From contig CAAGKY010000044.1 of the NCBI GenBank assembly GCA_900770645.1, positions 1 through 53,854 of the forward strand: a DNA stretch of 53,854 nucleotides, in the 5' to 3' direction. The notes under the pieces were generated by a model, which was given only the letters and a program-made list of their open reading frames with translations, made no database searches and was not told the DNA's origin. Positions 53,570-53,854 of this stretch are shown piece by piece. The stretch's first letter is position 1. Every line of letters starts with the position of its first letter. This DNA comes from Bacilli bacterium (GTDB taxonomy: Bacteria > Bacillota_I > Bacilli_A > ML615J-28 > CAG-313). The translations under genes were made by a program, and so were the position numbers.

Positions 53570-53854
53570 CTAATTTTTAGCTATGTCTAATAACATTACA
53601 ATAATTGTAGTCTTATAATTTAGATCATATCTAATGTTTGATTTTATTTCTAAAATTTTTGAAGCTAGATCAGTAAAATACTCAGTATTAGAAGTATTTA
53701 CAGTAAATTGGACAACAGCATTGTTCTCTGCAGCCAAATAGTTTGGAATGCTTGTTAAATTAATATCTTTAAAAATAGAAAATTTAGCTAGATCTAAAAC
53801 AAACGATAAGTATAAATTTATAAAATTCTTTAAATCTTGTCCTTCGTTGAATAG
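53570..53854 (-). CDS. Sliding-clamp candidate (gp45-like position), C-terminal 94 aa only
   Basis: Frame is open from the window end to TAG 53572-53570. Lies directly upstream of the clamp-loader pair. Assignment is from synteny only. Confidence 0.3.
   Translation of the reverse strand, partial: LFNEGQDLKNFINLYLSFVLDLAKFSIFKDINLTSIPNYLAAENNAVVQFTVNTSNTEYFTDLASKILEIKSNIRYDLNYKTTIIVMLLDIAKN

Noticed and set aside
53611-53624. Eleventh near-copy of the conserved motif (TCTAAATTATAAGA)
   Set aside because: It lies inside the clamp-candidate coding sequence (RYDLNYKTT) and has A instead of the invariant G/C position. I did not count it as a regulatory copy, although an internal promoter for the clamp-loader genes cannot be excluded.
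1-53854. tRNA genes, CRISPR arrays, integrase/transposase, lysis cassette
   Set aside because: Intergenic spaces are at most 227 nt and almost pure A/T, with no cloverleaf-capable segment. The only periodic repeat is the coding GQX tract. I saw no recombinase, holin or endolysin motifs. The LysM protein is a baseplate component with no catalytic domain that I can see.

Overview
AT-rich 53.9-kb block of a contractile-tailed phage genome with a T4/SPO1-like core. All ~55 genes I can support lie on the minus strand.

**Genetic code.** TGA is a sense codon here. The supplied standard-code ORFs are fragments that share frames and are separated only by TGA. Reading TGA as Trp restores full-length sheath, tube, tape measure, portal, large terminase, baseplate and many other genes. 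The Trp reading is supported by the invariant Trp of the type IA topoisomerase DREGEAIA-W motif at 41034-41036.

**Gene order on the minus strand (high to low coordinate).**
- Replication and recombination: sliding clamp (partial), clamp-loader pair, Cas4-like nuclease, ribosomal protein bS21, SbcD/SbcC (gp47/gp46-like).
- Regulators and accessory genes: a possible late-transcription cluster, a peptide-deformylase homologue lacking its metal ligands, an RHH protein, topoisomerase IA, a MoxR-AAA+/HExxH/VWA cassette, a ferritin-like protein, a nucleotidyltransferase and a SWIM protein.
- Packaging and head: TerL, portal, protease-scaffold fusion, major capsid protein, neck/accessory proteins.
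- Tail and baseplate: sheath, tube, RHH protein, chaperone candidate, tape measure, hub, LysM, gp25-like, a 1653-aa J-like fusion, and a gpI-like protein (partial).

**Regulatory signals.** Nine hairpin plus T-tract terminators punctuate the block. Most are followed by a conserved GCTAAATTA-type motif (10 intergenic copies).

**Not seen.** No tRNA, rRNA, CRISPR array, integrase or transposase.

**Limits.** All product calls are by-eye motif recognition, not database searches. Gene boundaries assume translation table 4.
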